A DNA stretch of 64,000 nucleotides from Octopus sinensis (lineage: Eukaryota). Within the stretch, counting starts at the first letter, position 1, and each line of letters begins with the position of its first letter. Below the pieces are notes generated by a model that was not told the origin of the DNA, did no database searches, and saw only the letters and a program-made list of their open reading frames with translations. This document shows positions 63,339 to 64,000 of the stretch, one piece after another. Location: the NCBI RefSeq assembly GCF_006345805.1, contig NC_043020.1:5642001-5706000 (forward strand), given 5' to 3'. A program made the translations under genes and the position numbers.

Positions 63339-64000
63339 GATTGTCAGAATAATTAATGTGAAATATGAATACAGCGAATATTAATATTGATATTTGATTG
63401 AAAATTAGAAAGTTTTAGTCATAAATTGCCCACTATTCCAGATTCAGTTCACCAATAATTCAATACCCTTAAGGCTTAAAAATTGTTTCAACTCTTTTAT
63501 TGATCCCTGGGGTAGCCACACTGACCTCTAGGGGTCAATACTGGCCACTCTGTTGTTCCCTTAGTTTAAACAATCCCTGAATGTTAAGAAAAATTCAGTA
63601 ATATTGTATTAGTATATTCTGATATTTAATGTGAAATATGTTTGGTGACTATCCCGTTAATATTGCATCAATATTTGGGTGGAAATTAATGAGTTTTAGC
63701 CTTGAATTACCCCCACTCTTCCAGGTACAGTTTTTGTAAAAATTCAGTACCCTTAATGGTTAAAATCATTTATCAGCCCTAGGGGTCAATATTGACCACT
63801 TTGCAAATCCCTGATATAGATAATGATTTAGACAAACCAAAATACTCACTCAGAAATATGAACAAACAATGAAACACTTGAAGGATCTTCAGGTTGAATA
63901 AAACCATGACCCTTTTCTCGACAGAATTCTTTCACTTTACCTCGAACAGTTGGACCACATTTTGCTCTTTCGGATCTGAAATTCAAACCAAAACATGTAT

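Overview
AT-rich, microsatellite-dense animal genomic DNA. The repeat content (tRNA-derived SINEs, RTE, CR1 and R4/Dong LINE fragments, Penelope-type hammerhead repeats, MITEs) suggests an octopus or other cephalopod; this is an inference. Host genes are a single-exon class A GPCR (10027-10947), its disrupted tandem paralogue (4554-5332) and a protein with two chitin-binding-type domains (39043-40164). The dominant feature is a 15.7-kb head-to-tail array (22568-38296) of nine ~1.75-kb units. Each unit has a short 5' UTR, one ~470-aa Tx1/L1-type ORF1 (RRM-like segments plus a CCHC knuckle, no endonuclease or RT) and a 3' tail shared with a local SINE subfamily. The whole array sits inside the A-box region of one tRNA-derived SINE. 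Its junctions carry variable amounts of target sequence, and the last unit has a 15-bp TSD. SINE copies with the same tail are joined to the same site, or to a second fixed site, in other SINE copies. This suggests a SINE-targeting retrotransposition system of an ORF1-only element, a self-targeting SINE and an autonomous LINE not present in this window. No database searches were run, and the coordinates of degenerate repeats are approximate.
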